A stretch of DNA of 64,000 nucleotides. Source: Sphingomicrobium sp. Its GTDB lineage: Bacteria > Pseudomonadota > Alphaproteobacteria > Sphingomonadales > Sphingomonadaceae. Every line of letters begins with the position of its first letter. The stretch's first letter is position 1. Of this stretch, positions 1 through 9,739 are shown piece by piece. Location: assembly GCA_045811425.1 (NCBI GenBank), contig JBJMUA010000035.1, positions 3,379-67,378 of the forward strand, written 5' to 3'. Made by a program: the position numbers and the translations under genes. The notes beneath the pieces were generated by a model. The model ran no database searches and was not told where the DNA came from. It saw only the letters and a program-made list of their open reading frames with translations.

Positions 1-138
1 CTCGGCGGCAAGAACATCAAGTCGCTCCTTACGGCGTGCGACCAGCACAAGCCTTTGGCCTTTCGCCGCCAGCTGACGCGCGAATTCGACCCCGAGCCCG
101 GCGGAAGCGCCGGTGACCAGCGCAACCGGCGCCGTCAT
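1..138 (-). CDS. SDR family oxidoreductase, N-terminal part (runs off window start)
   Basis: Manual translation [36 protein letters not shown] has the TGxxxGxG Rossmann motif; ATG abuts the stop of the upstream PPIase. Confidence 0.85.
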   Translation of the reverse strand, partial: MTAPVALVTGASAGLGVEFARQLAAKGQRLVLVARRKERLDVLAAE

Positions 139-594
139 TTAGGCAACCGTCGCCTTGATGATCTTGCCCGGCTCGCGCGGCGGCTCGCCGACCGGAAGGG
201 CGTCGACAAATTCCATGCCGCTCTCGACCTTGCCCCAAACGGTGTACTGGTTGTCCAGGAAGCTGGCGTCGTCGAAACAGATGAAGAACTGGCTGTTGGC
301 GCTGTGCGGATTGCTGGTGCGCGCCATGGAGCAGGTGCCGCGAACATGCGGCTCGCTCGAAAATTCGGCCCTGAGGTCGGGAAGCTTGCTGCCGCCGCTG
401 CCGGTTCCGGTCGGATCGCCGCCCTGGGCCATGAAGCCTGGGATGACGCGGTGGAACACAACGCCATCATAGAAGCCCTCATTGGCGAGCGAGGTGATCC
501 GCTCGACATGGCCGGGCGCGAGATCGGGGCGCAGCTTGATGACGACATCGCCGCCGCTCGAAAGGGTGAAGGTGAGGGTATTGGCGTCGGCCAT
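139..594 (-). CDS. Cyclophilin-type peptidyl-prolyl cis-trans isomerase
   Basis: FYDGVVFHRVIPGFMAQGGDPTGTG and SANSQFFI motifs; start trimmed to MADANT. Confidence 0.93.
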   Translation of the reverse strand: MADANTLTFTLSSGGDVVIKLRPDLAPGHVERITSLANEGFYDGVVFHRVIPGFMAQGGDPTGTGSGGSKLPDLRAEFSSEPHVRGTCSMARTSNPHSANSQFFICFDDASFLDNQYTVWGKVESGMEFVDALPVGEPPREPGKIIKATVA

Positions 595-716
595 CTTCTT
601 GTCCTTGGATTGCAGAATCTGGCCGCCATCTAGGCGCGTTGGGCGGGTTGCGCCAGTGGGCCGTGGGGCATAGTGAAGCGCCACGCAAATCGTGGGTTCG
701 GTGAGGGAGCGATGGC

Positions 717-2141
717 ATGAGCGAGAGCGAAGACATCGCCACCCCGCTGCATGAGCCAGAGGCCGCGCCGGCCCAAGACCGGGTCCATGACAAGGAAGAT
801 CGGCTGCGTCCCGAATTTGTCGGGGAGGTACTCGATGCTGTCGCTGACGGAGATGACGAAGCGGCCCGGGCACTCGTCGCCGGCCTGCACCCGGCCGACA
901 TTGCCGACCTGATCGAACTGGCTCCTTGGGATGAGCGCGGCGACCTGATCGAAGCGCTGGCCGGCATCGTCGACGCCGACGTCTATGCCGAATTGAACGA
1001 CCATGTTCGCGAACATGTCATCGATGAAATGGAGCCACAGCAGGTCGCCGACCTCGCGGCCCAGCTCGATACCGACGACGCGGTCGCCATCATCGAGGAC
1101 CTGGAGCAGGACGAGCAGCTCGCCGTGCTCCGCGCGATGGAGCCGGACGATCGCGCCGCGGTCGAAGAAGCGCTGACCTATGGCGAGGAAACCGCCGGCC
1201 GCCTGATGCAGCGCGACCTGATCGCGGTACCGGAGCATTGGAGGGTCGGCCAGGTCATCGACTATCTCCGCTCCTCGGATGAGCTCGCCACCGACTTTTG
1301 GGAAGTGTTCGTCGTCTCACCCAGCCATCACCCGGTTGGCACCTGCAAATTGTCGACGATCCTTCGTTCGCCGCGATCGACGCTCGTCAGCCAGATCATG
1401 TCGCGCAAGCAGACCTTGATCCCGGTCGACATGGACCAGGAGGAAGTGGCACTCAAATTCCAGAAATATGCCTTGATTTCCGCGGCGGCGGTCGATGGCA
1501 ATGGCCGGCTGGTCGGCATGATCACGGTCGACGACATCGTCCACATTATCCAGGAAGAGGCGGGCGAGGATGTGCTGCTGCTGTCCGGCGCTGGCGAGGG
1601 CGACATCAACGAGCCGGTGGTCGACACCTACAAGGCGCGGGTACGTTGGCTGGCGGCCAATTTGATGACGGCGCTGGTCGCTTCCGCCGTCATTCGCTTT
1701 TTCGAACATTCGATCGAGCGGCTGGCGGTTCTTGCGGTGCTGATGCCGATCGTCGCAGGTGTCGGCGGCAATGCCGGAACCCAGACATTGGCGGTTACGG
1801 TGCGCGCGATCGCCACCAACCAGCTGACGGAATCAAATCATTGGCGCGCGGTATGGCGTGAGATCCGCGTGGCGCTGATGAATGGCATCACCATTGCGCT
1901 GTTGATCGGCGTTGGCGTGACCCTGGTGCTGGGATCGGCACAGCTGGGCGCCGTGATAGCCGCGGCGATGCTGACGAACATCGTGATCGCGGGCCTGGCT
2001 GGCGTGCTGGTGCCGCTGGGACTGGAAAGGGCAGGGGCCGATCCGGCGGTCTCCTCCAGCATATTCGTCACCATGGTCACGGATTCGATGGGCTTCCTAG
2101 TGTTTCTCGGGCTTGCAACGGCGGCTGGGCTGGTCGCCTAG
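717..2141 (+). CDS. mgtE: Magnesium transporter MgtE
   Basis: Acidic N-domain, CBS pair (TAGRLM, GMITVDDI), TM region with MPIVAGVGGNAGTQ and DPAVSS...TMVTD. Confidence 0.95.
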   Translation: MSESEDIATPLHEPEAAPAQDRVHDKEDRLRPEFVGEVLDAVADGDDEAARALVAGLHPADIADLIELAPWDERGDLIEALAGIVDADVYAELNDHVREHVIDEMEPQQVADLAAQLDTDDAVAIIEDLEQDEQLAVLRAMEPDDRAAVEEALTYGEETAGRLMQRDLIAVPEHWRVGQVIDYLRSSDELATDFWEVFVVSPSHHPVGTCKLSTILRSPRSTLVSQIMSRKQTLIPVDMDQEEVALKFQKYALISAAAVDGNGRLVGMITVDDIVHIIQEEAGEDVLLLSGAGEGDINEPVVDTYKARVRWLAANLMTALVASAVIRFFEHSIERLAVLAVLMPIVAGVGGNAGTQTLAVTVRAIATNQLTESNHWRAVWREIRVALMNGITIALLIGVGVTLVLGSAQLGAVIAAAMLTNIVIAGLAGVLVPLGLERAGADPAVSSSIFVTMVTDSMGFLVFLGLATAAGLVA

Positions 2142-2180
2142 CCGGTTGAAAATCCTGAGCTATCCGGCCAATTGGAAAGG

Positions 2181-2582
2181 GTGCCCAAACTTCATTTGAC
2201 CAAAGTAGCGGTGGGTTGCGCCAGCCTCGAGGCACTGCAGAACCGCATTGCCCGTCGAATAAGCGGCGGGGTGGTGCGCGTGCCGACGCGCATGCGGCCG
2301 AAACGGGCCGACGAGCTGGTTGGAGGCTCCCTTCATTGGATCGTCAAGCATCGCATGATTGCCCGGCAGCAGATTCTGCGCCTCGACGACCGTTCTGACG
2401 GGCGAATTGACATTGTCTGCTCGGCGGAGCTGGTCGTTGTCCCGGCCAAGCCGCGGCGCGCACACCAGGGCTGGCGCTATCTGGAGGACAAGGATGCGCC
2501 GAGTGGCGAGGCGGATGCCAGTGGCCTCAGCGAGCTTCCGCCCCGGCTTTATGGCAAGCTCGCCGCCCTTGCGCTCGTTTGA
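2181..2582 (+). CDS. DUF1489 family protein
   Basis: LHLTKVAVG, GGSLHWIVK, HQGWRYL; start uncertain (GTG 2181 or TTG 2172). Confidence 0.8.
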   Translation: MPKLHLTKVAVGCASLEALQNRIARRISGGVVRVPTRMRPKRADELVGGSLHWIVKHRMIARQQILRLDDRSDGRIDIVCSAELVVVPAKPRRAHQGWRYLEDKDAPSGEADASGLSELPPRLYGKLAALALV

Positions 2583-2624
2583 TAGTTAGCAGAGTAGCGA
2601 ATGGCCCAGGGGAGGAGCCGGCAG

Positions 2625-2990
2625 ATGAACGAAGGAAAGACGCTGCCTATGGCGATATGGAAGCCGGTTGGATTGGTCGTCCTGCTGTTGGCCCTATCCG
2701 AATTCCTTCACGACATATTCCGTCCGGACTGGCCGGCATGGCTCATGCCTCCCCTTCTCATCCTGGGTTTTATTGCCGGGATATCGCTGGCCAAGCGGGA
2801 CGGGGTGGCAAAGCCCGCACTATGGATGACGGCGCTGGTTTCGCTCGCATTCGTGCTGGTTTACGACATCCTCGACTTCTTCCTGGATCCTTTTGTTACT
2901 TCGGATGTGGGCGTGGGCGCGCTGACGGCCCTGGTCATCGTCGGGCTGTGGCAGCTGCTTTCGGTCATTGTGGCGGTCGAGGAGACCTAG
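2625..2990 (+). CDS. Hypothetical membrane protein (about 4 TM)
   Basis: GGAGGAG RBS before ATG 2625; four hydrophobic segments. Confidence 0.6.
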   Translation: MNEGKTLPMAIWKPVGLVVLLLALSEFLHDIFRPDWPAWLMPPLLILGFIAGISLAKRDGVAKPALWMTALVSLAFVLVYDILDFFLDPFVTSDVGVGALTALVIVGLWQLLSVIVAVEET

Positions 2991-3763
2991 CGGTCGCGGG
3001 ATTTGCACCCGACCACATCGGCGGATCCGCGCGCTTTGACGGTGCAGGCCGGATTGCCCGTCAGGGTAACGGAAACCAGCCCGTTGGCGTCGACCTTGGC
3101 GCTGTTGGTGACTTCTGCCCGGACGATCGAGGGCCCCTCCGCACCAATCACTGCATCGGTCACTTGCAAGCCGTCGGCCTCCAGGTTTGATGAGCCGCGC
3201 ACTGTCGCGGTCAGTGAGGCAACCCGGCCGCTCAGGCGCGACATGCCCGCACCGGAAATGCCGACTTTCATCTGGTCGACATCGACCCGGTCGATGCGCG
3301 CGATGCCGGAGCCCTGGATCGACAGGTCGAAGCCAAGGCCCTTGACCCGGTCGATGTCCAACGCGCCGGGTCCGTTGATATAGGCCGCGCTGAGGTCATG
3401 GGTGCCGACCTCGATGGTCACTGGCCCGCGGCCCTCGCCGGGATAGCCGCCCCAGCCGCTGGTACCAGCCCGAACCACCAATGTGCGGCCCTCGACCTTG
3501 ATCGAGAGGCCGTCGATCGATGCCGCCGTGCCCGTGGCACGCGCATAGGTCGCGACATTGGTCTTCAACGTGACCTTGTAGGGCCCGTCTATGCGGATGC
3601 GGTCGAAGCCGGTGACGGAGAAATTGCGTTGCGTGCTGGGCGCCGCCGCCATGGCTGGGAGGCTTGCCAGTGCGAGCAGGGCGAGGATGGGCGGAGACGA
3701 CTTAACGGCTCCACCGGTCCGTAGGGGCCGGTGGAATGTCGTCCGAGGGAGGCGATCGATCAT
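2987..3763 (-). CDS. Head GIN domain (DUF2807) protein
   Basis: Signal-like segment, RNFSVTGFDRIRIDGPYKV, repeated SGSG/GPG beta-helix units. Confidence 0.8.
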   Translation of the reverse strand: MIDRLPRTTFHRPLRTGGAVKSSPPILALLALASLPAMAAAPSTQRNFSVTGFDRIRIDGPYKVTLKTNVATYARATGTAASIDGLSIKVEGRTLVVRAGTSGWGGYPGEGRGPVTIEVGTHDLSAAYINGPGALDIDRVKGLGFDLSIQGSGIARIDRVDVDQMKVGISGAGMSRLSGRVASLTATVRGSSNLEADGLQVTDAVIGAEGPSIVRAEVTNSAKVDANGLVSVTLTGNPACTVKARGSADVVGCKSRDR

Positions 3764-3797
3764 CCGCCCATCCTCGCCTTACATGGTTAACGATTCC

Positions 3798-4520
3798 TCA
3801 ATGGCAGCGGACGTCGCCCGATCCTGCCTTGGACACGCTGCACTTGGCGCCGCCGCCGATATCGACGTCACCCGATCCCATGATCGACACATCGGCGCTC
3901 TCGCTGGCATTGGCTGCGACATTGCCTGACCCGGCGATCGAGACATCGGCGGTACGGCTCGCGAGGCCGCCGGCGCGGATATCGCCCGACCCTGCGATCG
4001 AGATGTCGACGCTATCGGCCTTACCGGCAGCATCGACGCCGCCCGATCCGGCGATGGCCAGCTTGATCGCCCCTCCGGCGACCGAGGCGAGCTTCAGGTC
4101 GCCGGAGCCGGCAACGTCGCCGTCGAAGTCTCCGGCAACCTTGTCGACATTGATCCCGCCCGATCCCGCGATCGACGCGGCACGCAGCGCGGCGGCATTG
4201 ACGGTGAACACGGCCTTGCCGCCATGCCAGTTCCAGTGAATGCCCTTGTGTTTCTTCGGGCCGATCTTCAGCGTTCCGCCTTCGACCACTACTTCGGTCT
4301 CGTCCAGCAGGTTGGAGCCGCCTTTGGCACTTACGCCGGGCTGACCACCAGTGACGACATTGACCTCATAAGGGCCCGCGACCGCCACCTTGTCGAACGT
4401 ACCGACCTGATAGTTGCGCGAGACCTCGGGACCGGAGTCACGCTCTTCGGCCCCCGCGCCGACATGGCAGGCCGTGGCCAACAGTCCCACAGCGGCAAGC
4501 GAAGCAATACGGATCGACAT
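3798..4520 (-). CDS. Head GIN domain (DUF2807) lipoprotein
   Basis: Lipobox LATAC; FDKVAVAGPYEV; many IAGSG repeats; GGAGG RBS. Confidence 0.85.
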   Translation of the reverse strand: MSIRIASLAAVGLLATACHVGAGAEERDSGPEVSRNYQVGTFDKVAVAGPYEVNVVTGGQPGVSAKGGSNLLDETEVVVEGGTLKIGPKKHKGIHWNWHGGKAVFTVNAAALRAASIAGSGGINVDKVAGDFDGDVAGSGDLKLASVAGGAIKLAIAGSGGVDAAGKADSVDISIAGSGDIRAGGLASRTADVSIAGSGNVAANASESADVSIMGSGDVDIGGGAKCSVSKAGSGDVRCH

Positions 4521-4538
4521 TAAAAGCCTCCTTTTAGC

Positions 4539-4556
4539 GTATTGCATATGTAATAC
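4539..4556. promoter_or_regulatory. Palindromic operator upstream of the GIN genes (YtrA/GntR-like)
   Basis: GTATTGCATATGTAATAC is a near-perfect inverted repeat just upstream of the RBS. Confidence 0.55.
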
Positions 4557-4725
4557 ACCGAGGCAGCCGAGATTGGCAACCACAAAAGGCGGAAGCAAGA
4601 TCCGCCGGCCTGCCTGCCGCGGCCTGGCTGCCGACTCAGGGTATTACCTGTTTGAAAACTCAGGCAATTTCCTTATTACCTTGCGCTGACGGGAGGGCGA
4701 ACACTGGGGGCGTTAGGAGTCCGTC

Positions 4726-5769
4726 ATGGATTTCACCCGGTTCGGGTCACTGGGTATGCGTGACATCGCCATGGATCTTGGGACAGCGAACACCCTTGTC
4801 TACGTGCCGGGGCAGGGAATTGTCGTCGACGAACCCTCTGTCGTGGCCGTCGATACATCCAATGGAGTCGAGCGCGTTCGCGCCGTTGGCGCTGAAGCCA
4901 AGCTGCTGGTGGGCAGGACGCCGGATAATATCCGCACCTATCGACCGCTCACGGATGGCGTGATCGGCGACCTTGAGATGGCTGAGGAGATGATCAAGCA
5001 CTTCATCCAGAAGGCCAGCGGGCCGCAGTCAATGATGTCGCGCGGGCCCGAGATCGTGATCTGCGTGCCGACCGGTGCAACCATGGTGGAGCGCCGGGCG
5101 ATCAGGGCGGCCGCGTTCAATGCGGGGGGCCGGGCAGTTTGGCTGGTCGAGGAGCCCATGGCTGCTGCCATCGGTGCGGGCCTGCCCGTCGCGGAGCCAA
5201 TCGGTTCCATGGTGGTCGACATCGGTGGAGGCACCACCGAAGTCGGCATCATTTCGCTAAATGGGCTAATGTACAGCAGCTCCGCGCGCGTCGGCGGTGA
5301 CAAGATGGACGAGGCGATCTGCGCCTATGTGCGCCGAAAATATAATCTGCAGATCGGCGAGACGACCGCGGAGCACATCAAGAAGGAGATTGGTTCGGCC
5401 CAGGTCATGCCGGACAGCGCCGGCGCCGAGGGCTCCGTCCGTGGCCGCGACGTGGCCAAGGGAGGCCCGTGTGAAATCACGCTGAACCAGGCGGAAATCG
5501 CCGAAGCCCTGCGCGAAACGGTATCGCACATCGTCCAAACCGCTTGCGCGGCCCTTGAACATGCCGAGCCCGAGATAGCGGCCGACATGATCGAACAGGG
5601 CATCACCATGACCGGTGGCGGGGCACTGCTGCGAAACATCGACACGGTGCTGGCGGACGAGACCGGCCTACCCGTGAAGGTTGCCGAAGCGCCGCTGAGC
5701 TGCGTGGCGCTGGGTGCCGGACGGGCGCTGGAAGACCCGGAATTTCGAGAGGCGCTCTGCCCGGCCTAG
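4726..5769 (+). CDS. mreB: MreB-like actin-family protein (stand-alone paralogue)
   Basis: DLGTANT, EPSVVA, EEPMAAAIGAGLPV, DIGGGTTEV, TGGGALL motifs; no mreC/mreD adjacent. Confidence 0.9.
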   Translation: MDFTRFGSLGMRDIAMDLGTANTLVYVPGQGIVVDEPSVVAVDTSNGVERVRAVGAEAKLLVGRTPDNIRTYRPLTDGVIGDLEMAEEMIKHFIQKASGPQSMMSRGPEIVICVPTGATMVERRAIRAAAFNAGGRAVWLVEEPMAAAIGAGLPVAEPIGSMVVDIGGGTTEVGIISLNGLMYSSSARVGGDKMDEAICAYVRRKYNLQIGETTAEHIKKEIGSAQVMPDSAGAEGSVRGRDVAKGGPCEITLNQAEIAEALRETVSHIVQTACAALEHAEPEIAADMIEQGITMTGGGALLRNIDTVLADETGLPVKVAEAPLSCVALGAGRALEDPEFREALCPA

Positions 5770-5774
5770 CCAAC

Positions 5775-5803
5775 AAAAAGGGCGCCCGGCGAGGGGCGCC
5801 CTT
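5775..5803 (-). terminator. Intrinsic terminator between convergent mreB and carD
   Basis: AAGGGCGCCC-ggcgag-GGGCGCCCTT stem with an A-tract on the left. Confidence 0.7.
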
Positions 5804-5827
5804 CGTGGTTCAGTTCAGGCAAACCGT

Positions 5828-6361
5828 TTATGCGGCTTCCTTCGCCTTGTGATGGATCACCGCGGCCTTGTTCAGCACCTCGAGGATCTTGGCCAGCGCC
5901 GCCTTCTCGTCGGTCTGCTCCATTGCCGCCAGCTCACGCGCCAGTCGCGACGAAGCCGCCTCGAAGATCTGGCGCTCCGAGTAGCTCTGCTCCGGCGCAT
6001 CGTCCGGGCGGAACAGGTCGCGGACCACCTCGGCAATCGAGGTCAAGTCGCCCGAATTGATCTTCGCCTCATATTCCTGGGCGCGGCGCGACCACATGGT
6101 GCGCTTCACCTTGGGCTTGCCCTTCAGGGTCTCCAGCGCGTCCTTCATGGTCTTGTCGCTCGACAGCTTGCGCATGCCGACCGAGTCCGCCTTCGCGACT
6201 GGAACGCGCAGCGTCATCTTTTCCTTCTCGAAGCGAAGGACATAAAGATCGAGGCGGGTTCCCGCGATTTCGGTGCTTTGGAGCTCGACCACCCGGCCAA
6301 CGCCATGCTTGGGGTACACCACATAATCGCCAACATCGAAGCTAAGGGCCTTTAGAGCCAT
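5828..6361 (-). CDS. carD: CarD family transcription factor
   Basis: FDVGDYVVYPKHGVG, MWSRRAQEYEAKINSGD, EQSYSERQIFE. Confidence 0.93.
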   Translation of the reverse strand: MALKALSFDVGDYVVYPKHGVGRVVELQSTEIAGTRLDLYVLRFEKEKMTLRVPVAKADSVGMRKLSSDKTMKDALETLKGKPKVKRTMWSRRAQEYEAKINSGDLTSIAEVVRDLFRPDDAPEQSYSERQIFEAASSRLARELAAMEQTDEKAALAKILEVLNKAAVIHHKAKEAA

Positions 6362-6507
6362 TCCGTCACCTCTTCCCATTGCCCACTTGCGTCACAACCT
6401 AGCGCACCGTATCGCCCCCCAAACAGCGACCCCCCGGTCCGGTCATGACTCCGTGCAGAATTGAACCTGTATGAAACGACCGCCGCAGGTCGCGACGGCC
6501 GATGGCA

Positions 6508-6513
6508 ATTATA
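6508..6513 (-). promoter_or_regulatory. Probable -10 element of carD
   Basis: TATAAT on the minus strand in an AT-rich patch about 150 nt upstream of carD. Confidence 0.4.
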
Positions 6514-6527
6514 TAGCAGAAATATTA

Positions 6528-7607
6528 TCAGATTTCGAGTCCCAGCTGACGGGACCGTGACTCGACCTCCTCGACGATCGAGTGAAGACCCAGGCCGAGC
6601 AGTCGAATACCCTTGGGTACCGGTAGCAATGTAGCTAGCAGCGCCTGCCCGGCGGCCTCGAACCCGGCGAAGTCGGGCACCGGTGCGATGAAGCTCTTCG
6701 ACCGCGTGATCAGCGAAAAATCCGCAAATTTGACCTTGAGCGTCACCGTCCGGCCGTTGACCTCCGCACGCTCGATCCGTTGCCAGGCATAGCCGGCGAC
6801 GCGCGTCAGCTCGCGGCGCAGGTCTTCCGGTTCCGCAAGATCGACATCGAAGGTACGTTCCGCGCTGACCGATTTGTACGGCCGGTCCGGCTTCACCTCG
6901 CGCTCGTCGATTCCGCGCGCGATTCGCCAATACCAGCGACCGGAGGAGCCGAAGTGCGCCTCCAACTGCTCGACGGGCCATTGGGCCAGGTCTGCCCCGG
7001 TCAGAATGCCCAGCCTCTCCATTTTGGCGGCCGTCACAGGGCCCACGCCATGGAAGCGCTTGACGGGCAGGGTGGCGACAAATGCTGCGCCTTTATGGGG
7101 CGGGATGACGCAAAGGCCGTCGGGCTTGTTTTGATCGCTCGCTAGCTTGGCGATGAATTTGCAGTAGCTGACACCCGCGGAGGCGGTGAGCCCGGTCTCG
7201 GCCTTAATGCGGGCGCGTATTTCCTCGGCAATTGCCTTGGCACTCCCTAGCCCGCGCCGGTCCTCGGAAACGTCGAGATAGGCTTCATCGAGGCTGAGCG
7301 GCTCGATGAGGTCGGTATAGTCGGCGAAAATCTCCCGGATCTGTTGCGAAATAGCGCGGTAGGCGTCGAACCGGGGCTTCACGAATATCAATTCCGGGCA
7401 GCGCCGCTTGGCCGTGACGGAGGGCATGGCCGACCGGACTCCAAACGTTCGCGCCTCATAGCTGGCCGCGGCCACCACGCCGCGATGGCCGCCGCCGACG
7501 GCAACCGGCTTGCCTCGAAGCTCTGGAGCATCGCGCTGCTCGACCGACGCATAAAAGGCGTCCATGTCGATATGGATGATCTTCCTTGGCGGCCGCTCGT
7601 CGTTCAC
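6528..7607 (-). CDS. dinB: DNA polymerase IV
   Basis: IIHIDMDAFYASVE, AASYEAR, SLDEAYLD, KLASDQNKPDG; GTG start at 7607 inferred. Confidence 0.95.
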   Translation of the reverse strand: MNDERPPRKIIHIDMDAFYASVEQRDAPELRGKPVAVGGGHRGVVAAASYEARTFGVRSAMPSVTAKRRCPELIFVKPRFDAYRAISQQIREIFADYTDLIEPLSLDEAYLDVSEDRRGLGSAKAIAEEIRARIKAETGLTASAGVSYCKFIAKLASDQNKPDGLCVIPPHKGAAFVATLPVKRFHGVGPVTAAKMERLGILTGADLAQWPVEQLEAHFGSSGRWYWRIARGIDEREVKPDRPYKSVSAERTFDVDLAEPEDLRRELTRVAGYAWQRIERAEVNGRTVTLKVKFADFSLITRSKSFIAPVPDFAGFEAAGQALLATLLPVPKGIRLLGLGLHSIVEEVESRSRQLGLEI

Positions 7608-7616
7608 GCCCTGTTC
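7602..7616. promoter_or_regulatory. Alphaproteobacterial LexA (SOS) box
   Basis: GTTC-ACGCCCT-GTTC matches GTTC-N7-GTTC exactly and overlaps the dinB start. Confidence 0.75.
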
Positions 7617-7682
7617 CCTAGCTTGGCATTGCGGCGGAGTCATGCTTAAGGGCGCCGCAATTCATCCGAACAGGACTCACCG

Positions 7683-8882
7683 ATGAACATCCACGAATAT
7701 CAGGCCAAGGAACTGCTCGCGAAGTTTGGCGTGCCGGTGCCGGCGGGCCATGCCGCGATGAGCGTCGACGAGGCTGTCGACGCCGCCAAGCTGCTTCCCG
7801 GACCGCTGTGGGTGGTCAAGTCCCAGATCCATGCCGGCGGCCGCGGCAAGGGCAAGTTCAAGGAACTTGGGCCCGACGCCAAGGGCGGCGTTCGCCTCGC
7901 CCGATCGATCGACGAAGTCCGCTCGCATTCCGAGGAGATGCTCGGCAAGACACTGGTCACCGTCCAGACCGGGCCCGAAGGCAAGCAGGTCCAGCGCCTC
8001 TACATCACCGACGGCGTCGACATCGCCAAGGAATTCTACCTGGCGCTGCTGGTCGACCGTTCGACCGGCCGGATCGCCATCGTTGCGTCGACCGAAGGCG
8101 GGATGGACATTGAGGCAGTTGCCCACGACACGCCGGAGAAGATTGAGACCATCACCATCGACCCTGCGACCGGGCTGATGCCGCACCATGGCCGCGCAGT
8201 CGCGGCCGCGCTTGAGCTGACCGGCGACCTCGCCAAGCAGGCGGCCCAGGTGACCGCAAAGCTCTACGATGCATTCCTCGGCACGGACGCATCGCAGATC
8301 GAAATCAACCCGCTGGCGATCACCGACCAGGGGAAACTAATGGTCTTGGATGCCAAGGTCGGCTTCGACAACAATGCCGAGTTCCGCCATCCGGATCTCG
8401 AGCAGCTGCGCGACATCACCGAGGAAGATCCGATGGAGGTCGAGGCATCGAAGCATGACCTCGCCTACATCAAGCTCGACGGCAACATCGGTTGCATGGT
8501 CAACGGCGCCGGCCTGGCCATGGCGACGATGGACATCATCAAATTGAACGGCGCGTTCCCGGCAAACTTCCTCGACGTCGGCGGCGGCGCTTCCAAGGAG
8601 AAGGTCACCGCCGCGTTCAAGATCATTTTGAGCGATCCGGCGGTGAAAGGCATCCTGGTCAACATATTCGGCGGCATCATGCGCTGCGACATCATCGCCG
8701 AAGGCATTGTCGAGGCGGCCAAGGAGGTTTCACTCGGCGTGCCGCTGGTCGTCCGCCTCGAAGGCACCAACGTCCAGCAGGGCAAGGACATCTTGGCGAT
8801 GAGCGGACTGCCGATCGTCGCCGCCGACGATCTCGGGGATGCCGCCCGAAAGATCGTCGCGGAAGTGAAGGTCGCGGCCTAG
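7683..8882 (+). CDS. sucC: Succinyl-CoA synthetase beta subunit
   Basis: [47 protein letters not shown]. Confidence 0.97.
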   Translation: MNIHEYQAKELLAKFGVPVPAGHAAMSVDEAVDAAKLLPGPLWVVKSQIHAGGRGKGKFKELGPDAKGGVRLARSIDEVRSHSEEMLGKTLVTVQTGPEGKQVQRLYITDGVDIAKEFYLALLVDRSTGRIAIVASTEGGMDIEAVAHDTPEKIETITIDPATGLMPHHGRAVAAALELTGDLAKQAAQVTAKLYDAFLGTDASQIEINPLAITDQGKLMVLDAKVGFDNNAEFRHPDLEQLRDITEEDPMEVEASKHDLAYIKLDGNIGCMVNGAGLAMATMDIIKLNGAFPANFLDVGGGASKEKVTAAFKIILSDPAVKGILVNIFGGIMRCDIIAEGIVEAAKEVSLGVPLVVRLEGTNVQQGKDILAMSGLPIVAADDLGDAARKIVAEVKVAA

Positions 8883-8890
8883 ATATTAAA

Positions 8891-8972
8891 CGTCACCCTC
8901 GCGAAAGCGGGGGCCCCGCTTCTTCCCCAGCGGGTAGAAATAAGCGGGGTTCCCGCTTTCGCGGGAATGACG
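8891..8972. repeat. REP-like palindromic intergenic element
   Basis: Imperfect 31-bp inverted repeat CGTCACCCTCGCGAAAGCGGGGGCCCCGCTT ... AAGCGGGGTTCCCGCTTTCGCGGGAATGACG. Confidence 0.75.
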
Positions 8973-8989
8973 AAGAAGGATGAGCAGGG

Positions 8990-9739
8990 ATGAAACTCTT
9001 AGTCGCAGTCAAGCGAGTGATCGATTTCAACGTCAAGCCGCGCGTCAAGATGGACGGCTCCGGCGTCGATCTTGCCAATGTCAAAATGTCGATGAACCCA
9101 TTTGACGAGATCGCGGTCGAAGAGGCGATCCGTCTCAAGGAAAAGGGTGTGGCGACGGAGATCGTCGCCGTGTCGATCGGCCCGGCCAAGGCGCAGGAGA
9201 CTCTGCGCACCGCATTGGCGATGGGCGCCGATCGGGCGATCCTCATCCAGACCGAGGAAGAGGTCGAGCCGCTGGCCGTCGCCAAGATCCTGAAGGGCAT
9301 CGCAGGCGAGGAGAATCCCGGACTCATCATCCTCGGCAAGCAGGCGATCGACGACGACAGCAACCAGACCGGCCAGATGCTGGCCGCGCTGCTCGGCTGG
9401 CCCCAGGGCACTTTTGCATCGAAGGTCGAGGTCGCCGGAAGCGACCTCGACGTCACGCGCGAGGTCGATGGCGGGCTGGAGACGGTCAGGCTGGCTACGC
9501 CGGCCGTGGTCACCACCGACCTCCGCCTCAATGAGCCGCGCTATGCCTCGCTGCCCAACATCATGAAGGCCAAATCGAAGCCGCTCGCGACCAAGTCGCC
9601 GGGCGATTACGGCGTTGACGTCGCACCGCGGATTGAGACCTTGAAGGTCGTCGAACCCGCCAAGCGGCAGGCAGGCGTCAAGGTCGGCTCGGTCGATGAC
9701 CTGGTGGCGAAGCTGAAGGCTCTGGGAGTGGCGAAATGA
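8990..9739 (+). CDS. etfB: Electron transfer flavoprotein beta subunit
   Basis: [37 protein letters not shown]. Confidence 0.96.
   Translation: MKLLVAVKRVIDFNVKPRVKMDGSGVDLANVKMSMNPFDEIAVEEAIRLKEKGVATEIVAVSIGPAKAQETLRTALAMGADRAILIQTEEEVEPLAVAKILKGIAGEENPGLIILGKQAIDDDSNQTGQMLAALLGWPQGTFASKVEVAGSDLDVTREVDGGLETVRLATPAVVTTDLRLNEPRYASLPNIMKAKSKPLATKSPGDYGVDVAPRIETLKVVEPAKRQAGVKVGSVDDLVAKLKALGVAK

Noticed and set aside
3798-4200. Periodic repeats in the GIN gene
   Set aside because: Explained by IAGSG beta-helix protein repeats
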